Shown here in pieces: positions 1-9,293 of a stretch of 42,835 nt of DNA; position 1 is the first letter of the stretch, and every line of letters starts with the position of its first letter. Origin of the DNA: a virus (taxonomy: Duplodnaviria > Caudoviricetes); IMG/VR virus record IMGVR_UViG_3300020045_007431, positions 1 through 42,835 of that record, one strand, 5' to 3'. The position numbers were made by a program, and so were the translations under genes. The notes below the pieces were generated by a model, which saw only the letters and a program-made list of their open reading frames with translations, was not told where the DNA came from and searched no databases.

Positions 1-121
1 ACAAGAACCAAGTGTCCGGTGACCCTGAAGCCCCGTTGCAACAGAACGTCACTGTCACCAAGCGCAACTTGTCTCCTGCAGAGCTCAAAGCAGAGTTGGA
101 GGCGCGTGGCCTTCCGACGGA
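1..121. repeat. 121-bp direct terminal repeat, identical to 42715-42835 (circular assembly overlap)
   Basis: acaagaaccaagtgtcc...ccttccgacgga occurs at both ends, and the terS reading frame runs uninterrupted across the join. Confidence 0.97.
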
Positions 122-137
122 GTTCCTGAAGGATTGA
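1..137 (+). CDS. terS: 3' part of terminase small subunit (continues from 42357 across the circular junction)
   Basis: Frame ...KNQVSGDPEAPLQQNVTVTKRNLSPAELKAELEARGLPTEFLKD* ends with TGA at 135-137. Confidence 0.75.
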   Translation, partial: KNQVSGDPEAPLQQNVTVTKRNLSPAELKAELEARGLPTEFLKD

Positions 138-138
138 C

Positions 139-720
139 ATGGACTACAAGGCTGTTTACGAAAAGCTGATGCAGAAGGCCAGGAGCCGTGGTGATGTCGC
201 CGGTTATTCCGAGAAACACCATGTCGTTCCGCGATGCCTAGGCGGAAGCAACTCGAAAGACAACCTTGTGGTGCTGACTGCCGAAGAACATTTCCTAGCG
301 CATCAACTGCTGGTGAAGATGCATCCTGGCAATCACAAGTTAGCCTATGCTGCTCAGGCGATGGTGTTCAAGAACGCGAAGACACGCCGAAGCAACAAAT
401 TGTATGGCTGGCTGAAGCGCCGAATGGCTCAGGCCTCTTCCGACAAGATGAAGTGCTCGAATCCAATGAACACTGCTGAAGGCCGGAGGAATTTCGAAGA
501 GGCGATGAAGGACCACGGCCCAAAGGTCTCTGGCGCGAACAGCGGCAAGGCTCGCAAGATCGTTTGTGTCGAGACAGGACAGGAGTTTGAAACGAGATCA
601 GCAGCTGGAGACTGGCTTCGCTCGATCGGACACGAGAAGGCGCATGGCGGAAGCTTGAGCGAAGCGTTGCGCGACCCTTCGAAATACGCGGCATTTGGAT
701 TCCATTGGAATTACGCATGA
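139..720 (+). CDS. Free-standing HNH homing endonuclease with a C-terminal DNA-binding domain
   Basis: EKHHVVPRCLGGSNSKDNLVVLTAEEHFLAH HNH motif; C-terminal IVCVETGQEFETRSAA resembles NUMOD1; lies between terS and terL; stop overlaps the terL ATG (ATGA at 717-720). Confidence 0.85.
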   Translation: MDYKAVYEKLMQKARSRGDVAGYSEKHHVVPRCLGGSNSKDNLVVLTAEEHFLAHQLLVKMHPGNHKLAYAAQAMVFKNAKTRRSNKLYGWLKRRMAQASSDKMKCSNPMNTAEGRRNFEEAMKDHGPKVSGANSGKARKIVCVETGQEFETRSAAGDWLRSIGHEKAHGGSLSEALRDPSKYAAFGFHWNYA

Positions 721-2177
721 GCGCCAGAGACCTTTCGACGGCTGACCTGATCCAAATGGCGATGATTGAAGAGGCCAGAAGCAGCTTCTACGCATACAGA
801 AAGTTCATCCACGGCAAGAAGTTGAAGACAGGTTGGTTCGTCAAGGCGTTGTGCGATGAACTTCAGAAGTTTTACGAAGACCTGGTTGCAGGCAAGCGCC
901 CGAAGATGGCCGTCTGCACGCCTCCTCAACACGGCAAGTCGGTTGCGATCGTTGATTTCATCACTTGGTTGTCTGGGAAAGATCCAAGCTTGAAGACGAT
1001 CTATTCGTCATTCAGCGGTCGTCTTGGCGTTCGGGCAAACTTGATGCTGCAAAGGACGCTCGATTCTGACCGATACAAAATGGTCTTCCCTGAAACGAAG
1101 ATCAGCACTGTTGGCTCTCCAGAGACGTTTGGCGCGACCCGCAACAGGGAACTTGTTGAGTTTGTCGGTGACGTTGGCTTTTTCCGAAACACAACAGTCG
1201 GAGGGGCGATCACAGGTGAGTCTCTTGATCTGTCTGTAGTTGATGACCCGATCAAAGGTCGTGAGGAGGCAGGATCTGAAACGATTCGCGAGAAAGTCTG
1301 GGAGTGGTTTACAGACGACATGATGACTCGCTTTTCTGAAAGCGCAGGCCTGTTGCTGATCATGACACGTTGGCATGTGTCAGACCCTCTTGGAAAGATG
1401 ATCGGTCATCTCGGTGACGAGGTGCGTGTGGTCTCCTACCCGGCCATTGCGACCAAGGACGAGAAGCATCGGAAGGCTGGCGAGCCGCTTTTCCCTGAGC
1501 ACAAGTCGTTGGACTTCCTGCTGCAGCGCAAGGCCGTGATGGCCGCAGTCAATTGGGAGGCGCTCTACCAGCAGAACCCGCAGATCGTCGGCGGTGAGAT
1601 CATCAAGGGCGAACACTTCGGGCGCTACAAGCAGCTGCCAATCATCAAGCAACGAATCATCTATGCCGATACAGCCCAGAAGACGGCTGAACGCAACGAC
1701 TTCAGCGTGTTCGAATGTTGGGGCAAGGGCGAAGACAACAAGCTCTACCTGATCGACCTGATCCGAGGCAAATGGGAAGCGCCAGAGCTAGAGCGGCGTG
1801 CGATTGCCTTCTGGAGCAAGCACAACGGCATGGACAGCGTGATCTTCGGCGGTCTGCGCAAGATGAAGGTCGAGGACAAGTCGTCCGGAACCGGCCTCAT
1901 CCAGTCGATCAAGACCAAGGGTCAAATCCCGATTGAAGGCGTTGAGCGCAACAAGGACAAATACACTCGTGTGATGGATGTTCTCGGCTACATTGAGTCG
2001 GGATACGTTATGATTCCGGAAGACGCCCCATTCACCAACGACTTCATCCAAGAGTGTGAAGCCTTTACCGCAGACGACAGCCATCTGCACGACGACCAAG
2101 TGGATCCGATGATCGACGCGATCAACGATATGCTTGCCACCAACAACACAGCATCCCTTTGGGAGAAAATGATATGA
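717..2177 (+). CDS. terL: Terminase large subunit
   Basis: Walker A PPQHGKS, Walker B VVDDP, RNase H-like nuclease motifs IYADTA and DDQVD; upstream of portal. Confidence 0.95.
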   Translation: MSARDLSTADLIQMAMIEEARSSFYAYRKFIHGKKLKTGWFVKALCDELQKFYEDLVAGKRPKMAVCTPPQHGKSVAIVDFITWLSGKDPSLKTIYSSFSGRLGVRANLMLQRTLDSDRYKMVFPETKISTVGSPETFGATRNRELVEFVGDVGFFRNTTVGGAITGESLDLSVVDDPIKGREEAGSETIREKVWEWFTDDMMTRFSESAGLLLIMTRWHVSDPLGKMIGHLGDEVRVVSYPAIATKDEKHRKAGEPLFPEHKSLDFLLQRKAVMAAVNWEALYQQNPQIVGGEIIKGEHFGRYKQLPIIKQRIIYADTAQKTAERNDFSVFECWGKGEDNKLYLIDLIRGKWEAPELERRAIAFWSKHNGMDSVIFGGLRKMKVEDKSSGTGLIQSIKTKGQIPIEGVERNKDKYTRVMDVLGYIESGYVMIPEDAPFTNDFIQECEAFTADDSHLHDDQVDPMIDAINDMLATNNTASLWEKMI

Positions 2178-3622
2178 GCAACGCAAAGCAACGGCGTCAG
2201 GCCGCACGCGACAAGGCGACCGTCGGAACCAAGGACGGATTCGCCAATCTGACAGCGCGAATGGGCATGGGGGCGGACAATGTCCTCAGCCAAGGAACGT
2301 ACATCTTCAACATGCTGACGAAGAACCGCATGCAGCTGGAGGCGATGTACCGTGGCAGCTGGATCGTTGGCGCTGTTGTCGATTGTGTCGCCGAAGACAT
2401 GACTCGTGCAGGCATCACGATCAAGGGCGAGGACGACCCGGACAAGATCCAACAGATGCAGGCTTCCATGACCCGCCTAGGCATTTGGGGTGCTCTGCTG
2501 GAGACGATCAAGTGGGGTCGTCTGTACGGCGGCTCTCTCGCTGTGATCATCATCGACGGCCAGAAGATGGAAACGCCTCTGGACATCAAGACGGTCTGCA
2601 AGGATCAGTTCAAGGGGCTGAAGGTCTATGACCGTTGGGGCTTGCAGCCTGACCTGAATAACATGATTCAGGAAGGGATGGACTCCGGCCTCCCAGCCTA
2701 CTACACCGTGGTGAGCGATCCGAATAGTGGCAAGGTCAGCGGCATGCGCATCCACCACAGCCGGGTGATCCGCCAGATTGGCATTCAGCTGCCTGTTTGG
2801 CAGGCGATTGTCGAACAACACTGGGGTGAATCGGTCATTGAGCGGCTGCATGATCGGCTTGTCTCGTTCGACACGGCGACATCTGGCGCTGCCAACCTGA
2901 TTCAGAAGGCTCACTTGCGGACTGTCCAGATCGACAAGCTGCGTGAGGTTCTCGCTGCAGGCGGCAAGGCTGAGGAAAATCTGCTCACGATGTTCCACCA
3001 CATGCGAATGCTGCAGACCAATGAAGGTCTGACCCTGCTCGACAAGGAAGACACGTTCGCCGCTCACAGCTACACTTTCAGCGGTCTGAGCGACATGGTG
3101 TTGCAGTTCGGCCAGCAGATTGCAGGCGCTTCCGGAATCCCGTTGGTGCGATTGTTTGGTCAGTCTCCGTCTGGTCTCAACTCGACCGGCGAATCAGATC
3201 TGCGCATGTACTACGACAACATCAAGGCTCAACAGGAAAGCCGACTGCGGGAAGGCATGATGCGGGTGTTGCGTGTCCTGCACCAATCCAAGTTTGGCGA
3301 ACTGCCGCCTGAGAACTTCGACTTCGACTTCGTGTCGCTTTGGCAGACCTCCCAGAAGGAAAAGGGCGACATTGCCAAGGTGGTTGCCGACACAGTTGCC
3401 GTTGCCTTCGAGAAGGGCATCATCGACCAACCAACCGCGCTGAAGGAGCTCAAGCAGTCTGCCGAATACACCGGCGTGTTCAGCAACATCAGCGAAGAGC
3501 AGATCACCGAAGCGGAAAACACGCCACCTCCCGCTCCTGTGGAAAGCCAGCCGATTCCAACGGCTGAAGACCAACCTTCGTCGATGATGGATCGCATCAA
3601 GGCGTGGATCAACAAGTCGTGA
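2174..3622 (+). CDS. Portal protein (DUF1073/HI1409-like)
   Basis: About 480 aa directly after terL; WGRLYGG and IAGASGIPLVRLFGQSPSGLNSTGESDLRMYYD motifs typical of this portal family. Confidence 0.88.
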   Translation: MSNAKQRRQAARDKATVGTKDGFANLTARMGMGADNVLSQGTYIFNMLTKNRMQLEAMYRGSWIVGAVVDCVAEDMTRAGITIKGEDDPDKIQQMQASMTRLGIWGALLETIKWGRLYGGSLAVIIIDGQKMETPLDIKTVCKDQFKGLKVYDRWGLQPDLNNMIQEGMDSGLPAYYTVVSDPNSGKVSGMRIHHSRVIRQIGIQLPVWQAIVEQHWGESVIERLHDRLVSFDTATSGAANLIQKAHLRTVQIDKLREVLAAGGKAEENLLTMFHHMRMLQTNEGLTLLDKEDTFAAHSYTFSGLSDMVLQFGQQIAGASGIPLVRLFGQSPSGLNSTGESDLRMYYDNIKAQQESRLREGMMRVLRVLHQSKFGELPPENFDFDFVSLWQTSQKEKGDIAKVVADTVAVAFEKGIIDQPTALKELKQSAEYTGVFSNISEEQITEAENTPPPAPVESQPIPTAEDQPSSMMDRIKAWINKS

Positions 3623-3632
3623 AAGGAATCCA

Positions 3633-4358
3633 GTGATGGGCAAGTTTTCAACGACCAAGGCCGCTGAGAAAAAGTTCGCCTCCGATCTGCGCAAGGTTGC
3701 TCGGGTCGTTGGCGGCATCGTCGAGCAACATCTGGACGGCGCAAAGATCCGCGACAATCGCAAGTTGGCTGAGGCATTGAAGGCCTACAGCGACTCTCTC
3801 GGGCCTTGGGCCAGCCGGGTCGTTGAACAGATGCTGAAAAGCGTCTCAGCGACCAACAAGCGAGCGTGGGAAGGGGCAAGCACCAAGGTTGGCGCGGCGA
3901 TGAAGAGCATGATGCAGGAAACTGCGATTGGCGGTGTTGCCCAGCTGCTCCACAGCCGGCAAGTCGAGCTCATCAAGAGTTTGCCGTTGGAAGCTGGTCT
4001 GCGAGCGCAAAAGCTGGCTCAGGAAGCGGCCATCGGAGGTCGTCGGGCTGACGAGATCGCAGCCGAGTTGCTTCGTACAGAAGTGGTGACCGAGAGCAGG
4101 GCGATGCTGATCGCACGAACCGAGATCGCAAAGGCGAACGCGGCCATCACACAGGCCAGAGCCGAATATGTAGGAGCGACACACTACATCTGGCGCACGG
4201 CTGAAGACGGTGATGTGCGGGAAAGCCATGCCAAGATGGACGGTTCAGTCCAACGCTTCGATCAACCTCCGACATTGGAGGACGGAATGACCGGAAACCC
4301 TGGAGAATTTCCGAATTGTCGATGCTATGCAGAGCCGATCATCCCCGGTTCCGAGTAG
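3633..4358 (+). CDS. Head morphogenesis / minor head protein (SPP1 gp7, Mu gpF family)
   Basis: RAMLIARTE, YIWRTAEDGDVRESH and PGEFPNCRC signature motifs. Confidence 0.9.
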   Translation: MMGKFSTTKAAEKKFASDLRKVARVVGGIVEQHLDGAKIRDNRKLAEALKAYSDSLGPWASRVVEQMLKSVSATNKRAWEGASTKVGAAMKSMMQETAIGGVAQLLHSRQVELIKSLPLEAGLRAQKLAQEAAIGGRRADEIAAELLRTEVVTESRAMLIARTEIAKANAAITQARAEYVGATHYIWRTAEDGDVRESHAKMDGSVQRFDQPPTLEDGMTGNPGEFPNCRCYAEPIIPGSE

Positions 4359-4362
4359 ATTG

Positions 4363-4391
4363 TTGCCTGACATTCAAATTCAGAGCATAAT
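4363..4391 (+). promoter_or_regulatory. Sigma70-like promoter for head genes
   Basis: TTGCCT-N17-CATAAT; further TACAAT and TATAAT boxes lie just downstream. Confidence 0.65.
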
Positions 4392-4414
4392 ACAATGGCG
4401 CGATTATAATCCGA

Positions 4415-5638
4415 GTGACCATGGCCAAGTTCTATTCTGTTGCAAAGCTGTCTGAGCGAATCAGTGAGACCCCTGAAGGTTTCTTGGTTTGCGAAGCTGT
4501 CGCCATCACTCGGGCAGGCGATCTGCTTTATGCTCCCGGCGAAACGCCGATCAAGTCTGGAGGGTCTGGCCATGTAATCATTTCTCGCACCGTCGAAGAC
4601 ATCCACGATCCGGCAACGATTGCCAGTTTTGAAGGGAAGCCGGTCACCATCAATCACCCCGACGACTTCGTCACTCCAGACAACTGGCGTGAGTTGGCCG
4701 TTGGTGTCGTACAAAATGTTCGACCCGGCGAAGGCGAAGACGCCGACAAGCTGTTGGCAGATCTGTTGATCACCGATCGTGAAGCCATTTCCGCCATCAA
4801 GTCCAAGACCATGCGCGAAGTGTCGTGCGGTTATGAGGCTGAGTATGTTGAAGATGGCCCCGGTCGTGGTCGGCAAGAAGGCATAATTGGCAATCACGTT
4901 GCACTTGTGGCGGCTGGGCGGTGCGGCTCAGAGTGTGCCATTTTCGATCACGCACCAAAGGAGAAACCCATGAAATTGAAAGACAAGCTCATGGGGCTTT
5001 TCAGCAAGGCGCTGGACGAAGCCGCGCTGGAAGAAGCCCCTGCCGGCGACCAAGGTGCTGGTTCCCAGCCCAGCGCCGATGAACGAATTGCCGCTCTCGA
5101 AGCTGAGATTGCGACCCTGAAGGCAGGTAAAACTGCTCCTGCCGCTGGTGGCGAGCCTGCTGCCGAAGGCGACCAACTCCCCGGCGAAGGCGGTGGCGAG
5201 GAAGACCCTGTTGCCAAGCGTCTGTCCGTCATCGAAGCTGCTCTGGCCAAGTTGCTTGGTCTGGAAGAAAAAGAGCACGCCGCTATGGGCGGAGAAGGCG
5301 AAGGCATGGATATGTGCAAGGATGCCGAGACCATTGCTCGCGCTGAAATCCTCGCACCGGGCATCGCCAAGACTGCCGACGTGAAAGTCAAGGCTCTCGA
5401 CGCTGCCTATGGCACCGAAGAAGGCAAGGCTGTCATCGACATCCTGCTCGCTGGCAAGACGATGGATCAGGCCGACAAGGATCTGCTCTTCGTCGCTTCG
5501 TCCGAGATGCTCAAGGGCGTCCGTCGCCAGCAACTGAATACCCAAGTGTCTCTGGACAGCTTGCCGGGTATGAAATCCGGTGAAATGACGCCGGACAAGA
5601 TCAATGCAATGAACGCCGAACGCTACGGCAAGAAATAA
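4415..5638 (+). CDS. Head maturation protease-scaffold fusion (DUF2213 family)
   Basis: TPEGFLVC, SFEGKPVTINHP, EVSCGY and NHVALVAAGRCG motifs followed by a low-complexity A/E/G-rich scaffold region. Confidence 0.88.
   Translation: MTMAKFYSVAKLSERISETPEGFLVCEAVAITRAGDLLYAPGETPIKSGGSGHVIISRTVEDIHDPATIASFEGKPVTINHPDDFVTPDNWRELAVGVVQNVRPGEGEDADKLLADLLITDREAISAIKSKTMREVSCGYEAEYVEDGPGRGRQEGIIGNHVALVAAGRCGSECAIFDHAPKEKPMKLKDKLMGLFSKALDEAALEEAPAGDQGAGSQPSADERIAALEAEIATLKAGKTAPAAGGEPAAEGDQLPGEGGGEEDPVAKRLSVIEAALAKLLGLEEKEHAAMGGEGEGMDMCKDAETIARAEILAPGIAKTADVKVKALDAAYGTEEGKAVIDILLAGKTMDQADKDLLFVASSEMLKGVRRQQLNTQVSLDSLPGMKSGEMTPDKINAMNAERYGKK
4970..5638 (+). CDS. Probable internally initiated scaffolding protein (in frame within the DUF2213 gene)
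   Basis: Strong SD AAGGAG then AAACCC-ATG at 4970, in frame, exactly at the end of the protease domain. Confidence 0.55.
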   Translation: MKLKDKLMGLFSKALDEAALEEAPAGDQGAGSQPSADERIAALEAEIATLKAGKTAPAAGGEPAAEGDQLPGEGGGEEDPVAKRLSVIEAALAKLLGLEEKEHAAMGGEGEGMDMCKDAETIARAEILAPGIAKTADVKVKALDAAYGTEEGKAVIDILLAGKTMDQADKDLLFVASSEMLKGVRRQQLNTQVSLDSLPGMKSGEMTPDKINAMNAERYGKK

Positions 5639-5649
5639 GGAGATCAACC

Positions 5650-6138
5650 ATGACTGCAATTCTGTATCGCGCTTCGTCTGGCGTTCCCGGCGACATCACC
5701 CGCCAGCTGGACACCATCGTCGAGCAAGCTCTGCTCAACTCCGCCAAGGTTCCTGCGGCCTTCGGCGCTCCCGTCAAGATGACCAGCGGCAAGCTGGAGA
5801 AGATCGAAGCCGGTGACGACGCTGCTTCCTTCTACGGCATTCTGACCCGCGTCGCTCCCAGCATCGCTGGCGACACCGCTCAGACGTTTGCGTCTCAGAC
5901 CCCCAACGCCAGCGCCGTGCAAGGCGTCGCTGTTCAGGGTTATCTGAACGTGAAATGCTCTGTTGGCACCCCGGCTCGCAATGGTGTTGTCTACATGCGC
6001 GTCGTCGCTGATACCGGCAAGGCCATCGGTGACTTCGAAGCAACGAGCGACACCACCAACAGCGTCGCACTCACTGGTGTGGTTTGGGCGTCCGACGGCA
6101 AGGACTCCGACAGCACTGCCGAAATCCGCATCAAGTAA
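5650..6138 (+). CDS. Capsid decoration/cement protein
   Basis: 162-aa beta-rich protein between scaffold and major capsid gene; strong SD AAGGAG. Confidence 0.7.
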   Translation: MTAILYRASSGVPGDITRQLDTIVEQALLNSAKVPAAFGAPVKMTSGKLEKIEAGDDAASFYGILTRVAPSIAGDTAQTFASQTPNASAVQGVAVQGYLNVKCSVGTPARNGVVYMRVVADTGKAIGDFEATSDTTNSVALTGVVWASDGKDSDSTAEIRIK

Positions 6139-6150
6139 GGGGAAACCAAC

Positions 6151-7095
6151 ATGAAGACCTTTGACTCCACTCTGGCGTACTACGTCAATCAACTCGACAA
6201 CCTCGACAAGAAGTTGTACGAGCCGCTCTACAGCACCTCTTGGGGCCGCGACATCAACCTGCGCACCGGTATCACCATGGCGAACGAATCGACCTCGTTC
6301 ATTCGTTCGAACATCGGTTCCGTCGGTGGCATGAAGGCGACCGGCAAGCCCTGGATCTCCCCCAACACCACGACCCTTCCCGGCGTCTCGATCAACGGCG
6401 AACGTGTTGTTCTGCCGCTGCGCTTGCTCGGCCAGGAAGTCAGCTACACCTCCGTGGAACTGGAGCGCAGCCAGCTGCTCGGCCAACCGATCGATGCCGC
6501 CAAATTCACCGCTCTGAACACCATCTACCAGATGGCAACGGACGAGATGGTCTACATCGGCGACACCGAAACCGGCTCCACAGGTCTCGTGAATAGCGCT
6601 CTGGTCGCAACCGGCAACGTCACTGCCGACGGCACCGGCTCTTCGCCTCTGTGGTCTACCAAGACCCCGGATCAGATCCTGCGCGACGTCAATGACATGA
6701 TCCAGGCAGCTTGGGTCGCTTCCGGTTTCGCTGTTTGCCCGGACAAGCTGCTCCTGCCGCCTGCCAAGTTCGCCTACATCGCCAGCACCAAGGTCAGCAC
6801 CAATGCCGACAAGTCGATCCTGACCTATCTGGAAGACAACAGCATCTCGCTGAAGGTCAATGGCCGCAAGCTGGACATCCAGCCGCTCAAGTGGCTGACC
6901 GGGCGTGGCGCTGGTTCCACCGATCGTATGGTGGCCTACACCAATCAGGAAGATCGTGTTCGCTTCCCGATGGTTCCGATTCGCCGCGAGACGCCGTACT
7001 ACCTCGGCATCAAGTTCAACGCTCCGTACATCTGGGCGTTCGGCGAAGTCGAGTGGGTCTATCCCGAGACCGGCATCTACCGCGACGGCATCTAA
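6151..7095 (+). CDS. Major capsid protein (DUF2184, HK97-like fold)
   Basis: 314 aa; position in head module; ELERSQLLGQPID, VYIGD...GLVN and PDKLLLPP motifs; strongly biased codon usage. Confidence 0.88.
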   Translation: MKTFDSTLAYYVNQLDNLDKKLYEPLYSTSWGRDINLRTGITMANESTSFIRSNIGSVGGMKATGKPWISPNTTTLPGVSINGERVVLPLRLLGQEVSYTSVELERSQLLGQPIDAAKFTALNTIYQMATDEMVYIGDTETGSTGLVNSALVATGNVTADGTGSSPLWSTKTPDQILRDVNDMIQAAWVASGFAVCPDKLLLPPAKFAYIASTKVSTNADKSILTYLEDNSISLKVNGRKLDIQPLKWLTGRGAGSTDRMVAYTNQEDRVRFPMVPIRRETPYYLGIKFNAPYIWAFGEVEWVYPETGIYRDGI

Positions 7096-7103
7096 CGGTG
7101 AAA

Positions 7104-7125
7104 GGGGCTGGCTTAGGCTGGCCCC
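7104..7125 (+). terminator. GC-rich hairpin after the major capsid gene (weak terminator or stabilising stem)
   Basis: GGGGCTGGC-TTAG-GCTGGCCCC with G-U pairs; no U tract. Confidence 0.4.
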
Positions 7126-7146
7126 AACCCATTACAGGAGAAAGAC

Positions 7147-7479
7147 ATGCAAGTTCAATTCAATCAACCGATCACCCTGACGACCGACAACGGCGAGCAG
7201 GAAACCTTCGGCAAGGGCGTGCATAACGTCGATGCCAAGTTCGCCAAGGGCTGGTACTTCGAGGCGCTCAAGAAGGACGAGACCATTCTCGTTCTGAAGG
7301 ACGACGAAGAAAAGGCCGATGACGCAGACATTCTGGACGGCAACGTCAAGGAAGTCGTGGCTGCGATCGAAGCCGCTGAACTGTCCGACGAAGATCTGGC
7401 TGCGCTGGCCGAACGTGAAGTCGCAGGCAAGAATCGCAAGGGCGTTCTGGACGCCATCACCGCCAAGCAGGCTGAGTGA
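7147..7479 (+). CDS. Small head-associated protein with a C-terminal helical domain
   Basis: SD AGGAG; C-terminal LAEREVAGKNRKGVLDAI motif of the kind often found after capsid genes. Confidence 0.6.
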   Translation: MQVQFNQPITLTTDNGEQETFGKGVHNVDAKFAKGWYFEALKKDETILVLKDDEEKADDADILDGNVKEVVAAIEAAELSDEDLAALAEREVAGKNRKGVLDAITAKQAE

Positions 7480-7862
7480 TGGACAAGAGCCAATTCCGCA
7501 CCGACTTCCCGGAGTTCGCGGATGCGGTTCGCTTCCCCAACACGATGCTGGACTTCTGGTCTGGCATCGGGGAAGCCCAAATTTCTGCCGACCGCTTCGG
7601 CAATCTGTACACGCAAGCGGTCGAGCTATTCACGGCGCACAACATCACGTTGGCGTCTGGCAACGTTGAAGCCTCTGCTGCTGGCGGTTCGCCGGGTGGC
7701 AAGACAGGCGCGATCCAGCAAAAGAAGGTTGGGTCTGTCGCTGTGTCGTATGATAATGCCAGTTCGATGCTGTCCGGCGCAGGCCATTGGAACCTGACGA
7801 CCTACGGCAAGCAATACATTCAGCTGGTCAGACTCATCGGAACAGGCTGCGTGCAACTATGA
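7476..7862 (+). CDS. Head-tail adaptor (DUF4054 family)
   Basis: FRTDFPEF, LFTAH, VGSVAVSYD and WNLTTYGKQY motifs. Confidence 0.85.
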   Translation: MMDKSQFRTDFPEFADAVRFPNTMLDFWSGIGEAQISADRFGNLYTQAVELFTAHNITLASGNVEASAAGGSPGGKTGAIQQKKVGSVAVSYDNASSMLSGAGHWNLTTYGKQYIQLVRLIGTGCVQL

Positions 7863-8338
7863 GCGTGCGAGTGACCCAAGACAACCTGAAAGCTGTTCTG
7901 GCGAACGTCAGGAGCTTCGGGCCTAAGCACGTTCTCATCGGCATTCCGTCTGACGAAAACAAGCGTGACGATGGGCCGATCGGCAATGCGCAGCTTGGAT
8001 ACATTCACGAGAACGGCTCTCCAGCAAACAACATCCCGCCACGGCCATTCCTGAAGCCGGGTGTCGCTGCTGCGAAGGACAAATGCCTTGGTGTGTTGAA
8101 GAACGCTGCCAAGGCAGGCTTCAAAGATCCCGCTGCGATCGACAAAGGCCTCAATGCTGCTGGCCTTATTGGTCAAGCCAGCGTCAAGAACACGCTGCGT
8201 GCAGGAGAAGGGTTCGCCCCGCTCAAGCCTGCCACCATAGCGGCTCGCAAACGCAAAGGGGCAAAGGGTACGAAGCCTCTGATCCGTACTGGCCAACTGC
8301 TCAACAGCATTACGTATGTCGTGAGGGAGAAGAAATAA
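7859..8338 (+). CDS. Neck / tail-completion protein
   Basis: IHENGS...IPPRPFL and PLKPATIAARKRKG...KPLIRTGQL motifs; ATGA overlap at 7859. Confidence 0.75.
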   Translation: MSVRVTQDNLKAVLANVRSFGPKHVLIGIPSDENKRDDGPIGNAQLGYIHENGSPANNIPPRPFLKPGVAAAKDKCLGVLKNAAKAGFKDPAAIDKGLNAAGLIGQASVKNTLRAGEGFAPLKPATIAARKRKGAKGTKPLIRTGQLLNSITYVVREKK

Positions 8339-8709
8339 TGGCCCGGATCGACGTTTCTGACTTGCTGCTGGATCCAGACTTCCTTGACACGGTGACCTTG
8401 ATTCGCCGCTCGATAGCTGTTGATGGCAACGGCGAAGGCGTTTTGACGGAGACTCCGAGCTCAGTGAAGATGTGTGTCCAAGGAGCGAACACAGAGACGC
8501 TGCTGCGCATGCCGGAAGGCGCACGACTCAGCGACATTGTGACCGTATATTACCGTGGCGTTCTCACGGCTGAAAGCGCAGGCGGCTACGCAGACATCAT
8601 CGTTTGGGGCGGCAAGCGCTATCAGGTGAAAGAGGTTCCGGAAGACTTCATGAACTACGGCAACGGATTCACCATGGCCAACTGCCTGCTGGAGCCTGTC
8701 AATGCCTAA
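8338..8709 (+). CDS. Head closure / neck protein
   Basis: 123 aa; ADIIVWGGKRYQV motif; TAATG coupling to the previous gene. Confidence 0.7.
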   Translation: MARIDVSDLLLDPDFLDTVTLIRRSIAVDGNGEGVLTETPSSVKMCVQGANTETLLRMPEGARLSDIVTVYYRGVLTAESAGGYADIIVWGGKRYQVKEVPEDFMNYGNGFTMANCLLEPVNA

Positions 8710-9277
8710 CACAAGCGCAACTGGCGGATATCTCACACCGACAACTGGGCCTGTTGATGATCAGGCTTTGCGTCGCTTCCTGCAGGCGATGATCGTTGGT
8801 GTGACCGGCCTGACTGGGCCAATGGTTCGCCCATTGTGGCAGAAGAATCCTCCTCCGATCCCGAACGTTGATGTTGATTGGATTGCCTTCGGCATCACCG
8901 AACAGCGTCCTGATGCCAACCCGTTCCACAAGCAGAACGCCAACAGCGCCACGTTGATTCGCCACGAGGAGTTTGACGTTCGCTGCTCTGTGTATGGTCC
9001 ATCGTGTCAAAATTACACAGGACGCTTGCGCGAAGCACTGTATCTGGCGCAAAATAGGGAAAATTTGTATTTGGCTGGAATGGGGCTTGTTGGGTTTTCG
9101 CCGACCACTCATGTCCCTGAGTTGATCAACGATCGGTGGTTTGAACGGGCTGACATCACGATGACTCTGCGCCGTGAAATCAAGCGAGAATACCCGATCT
9201 TGAACTTCGTTGCGGCGGAAGGCACGATCAAGGCAAATAGAGCAACAGAAACGCTGTCCATCAACTGGTCAGTCTAA
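8702..9277 (+). CDS. Tail terminator / neck protein
   Basis: Immediately upstream of sheath; MVRPLWQ...PP and PELIN motifs. Confidence 0.7.
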   Translation: MPNTSATGGYLTPTTGPVDDQALRRFLQAMIVGVTGLTGPMVRPLWQKNPPPIPNVDVDWIAFGITEQRPDANPFHKQNANSATLIRHEEFDVRCSVYGPSCQNYTGRLREALYLAQNRENLYLAGMGLVGFSPTTHVPELINDRWFERADITMTLRREIKREYPILNFVAAEGTIKANRATETLSINWSV

Positions 9278-9293
9278 TTTAGGAGAATGAAAC

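Noticed and set aside
1-121. Terminal repeat as a biological direct terminal repeat or att site
   Set aside because: It falls in the middle of the terS coding sequence and has an odd, k-mer-like length, so an assembler overlap is more likely
139-720. Group I intron around this or the other endonuclease genes
   Set aside because: Flanking genes are complete and abut or overlap the endonuclease ORFs, leaving no room for a ribozyme core
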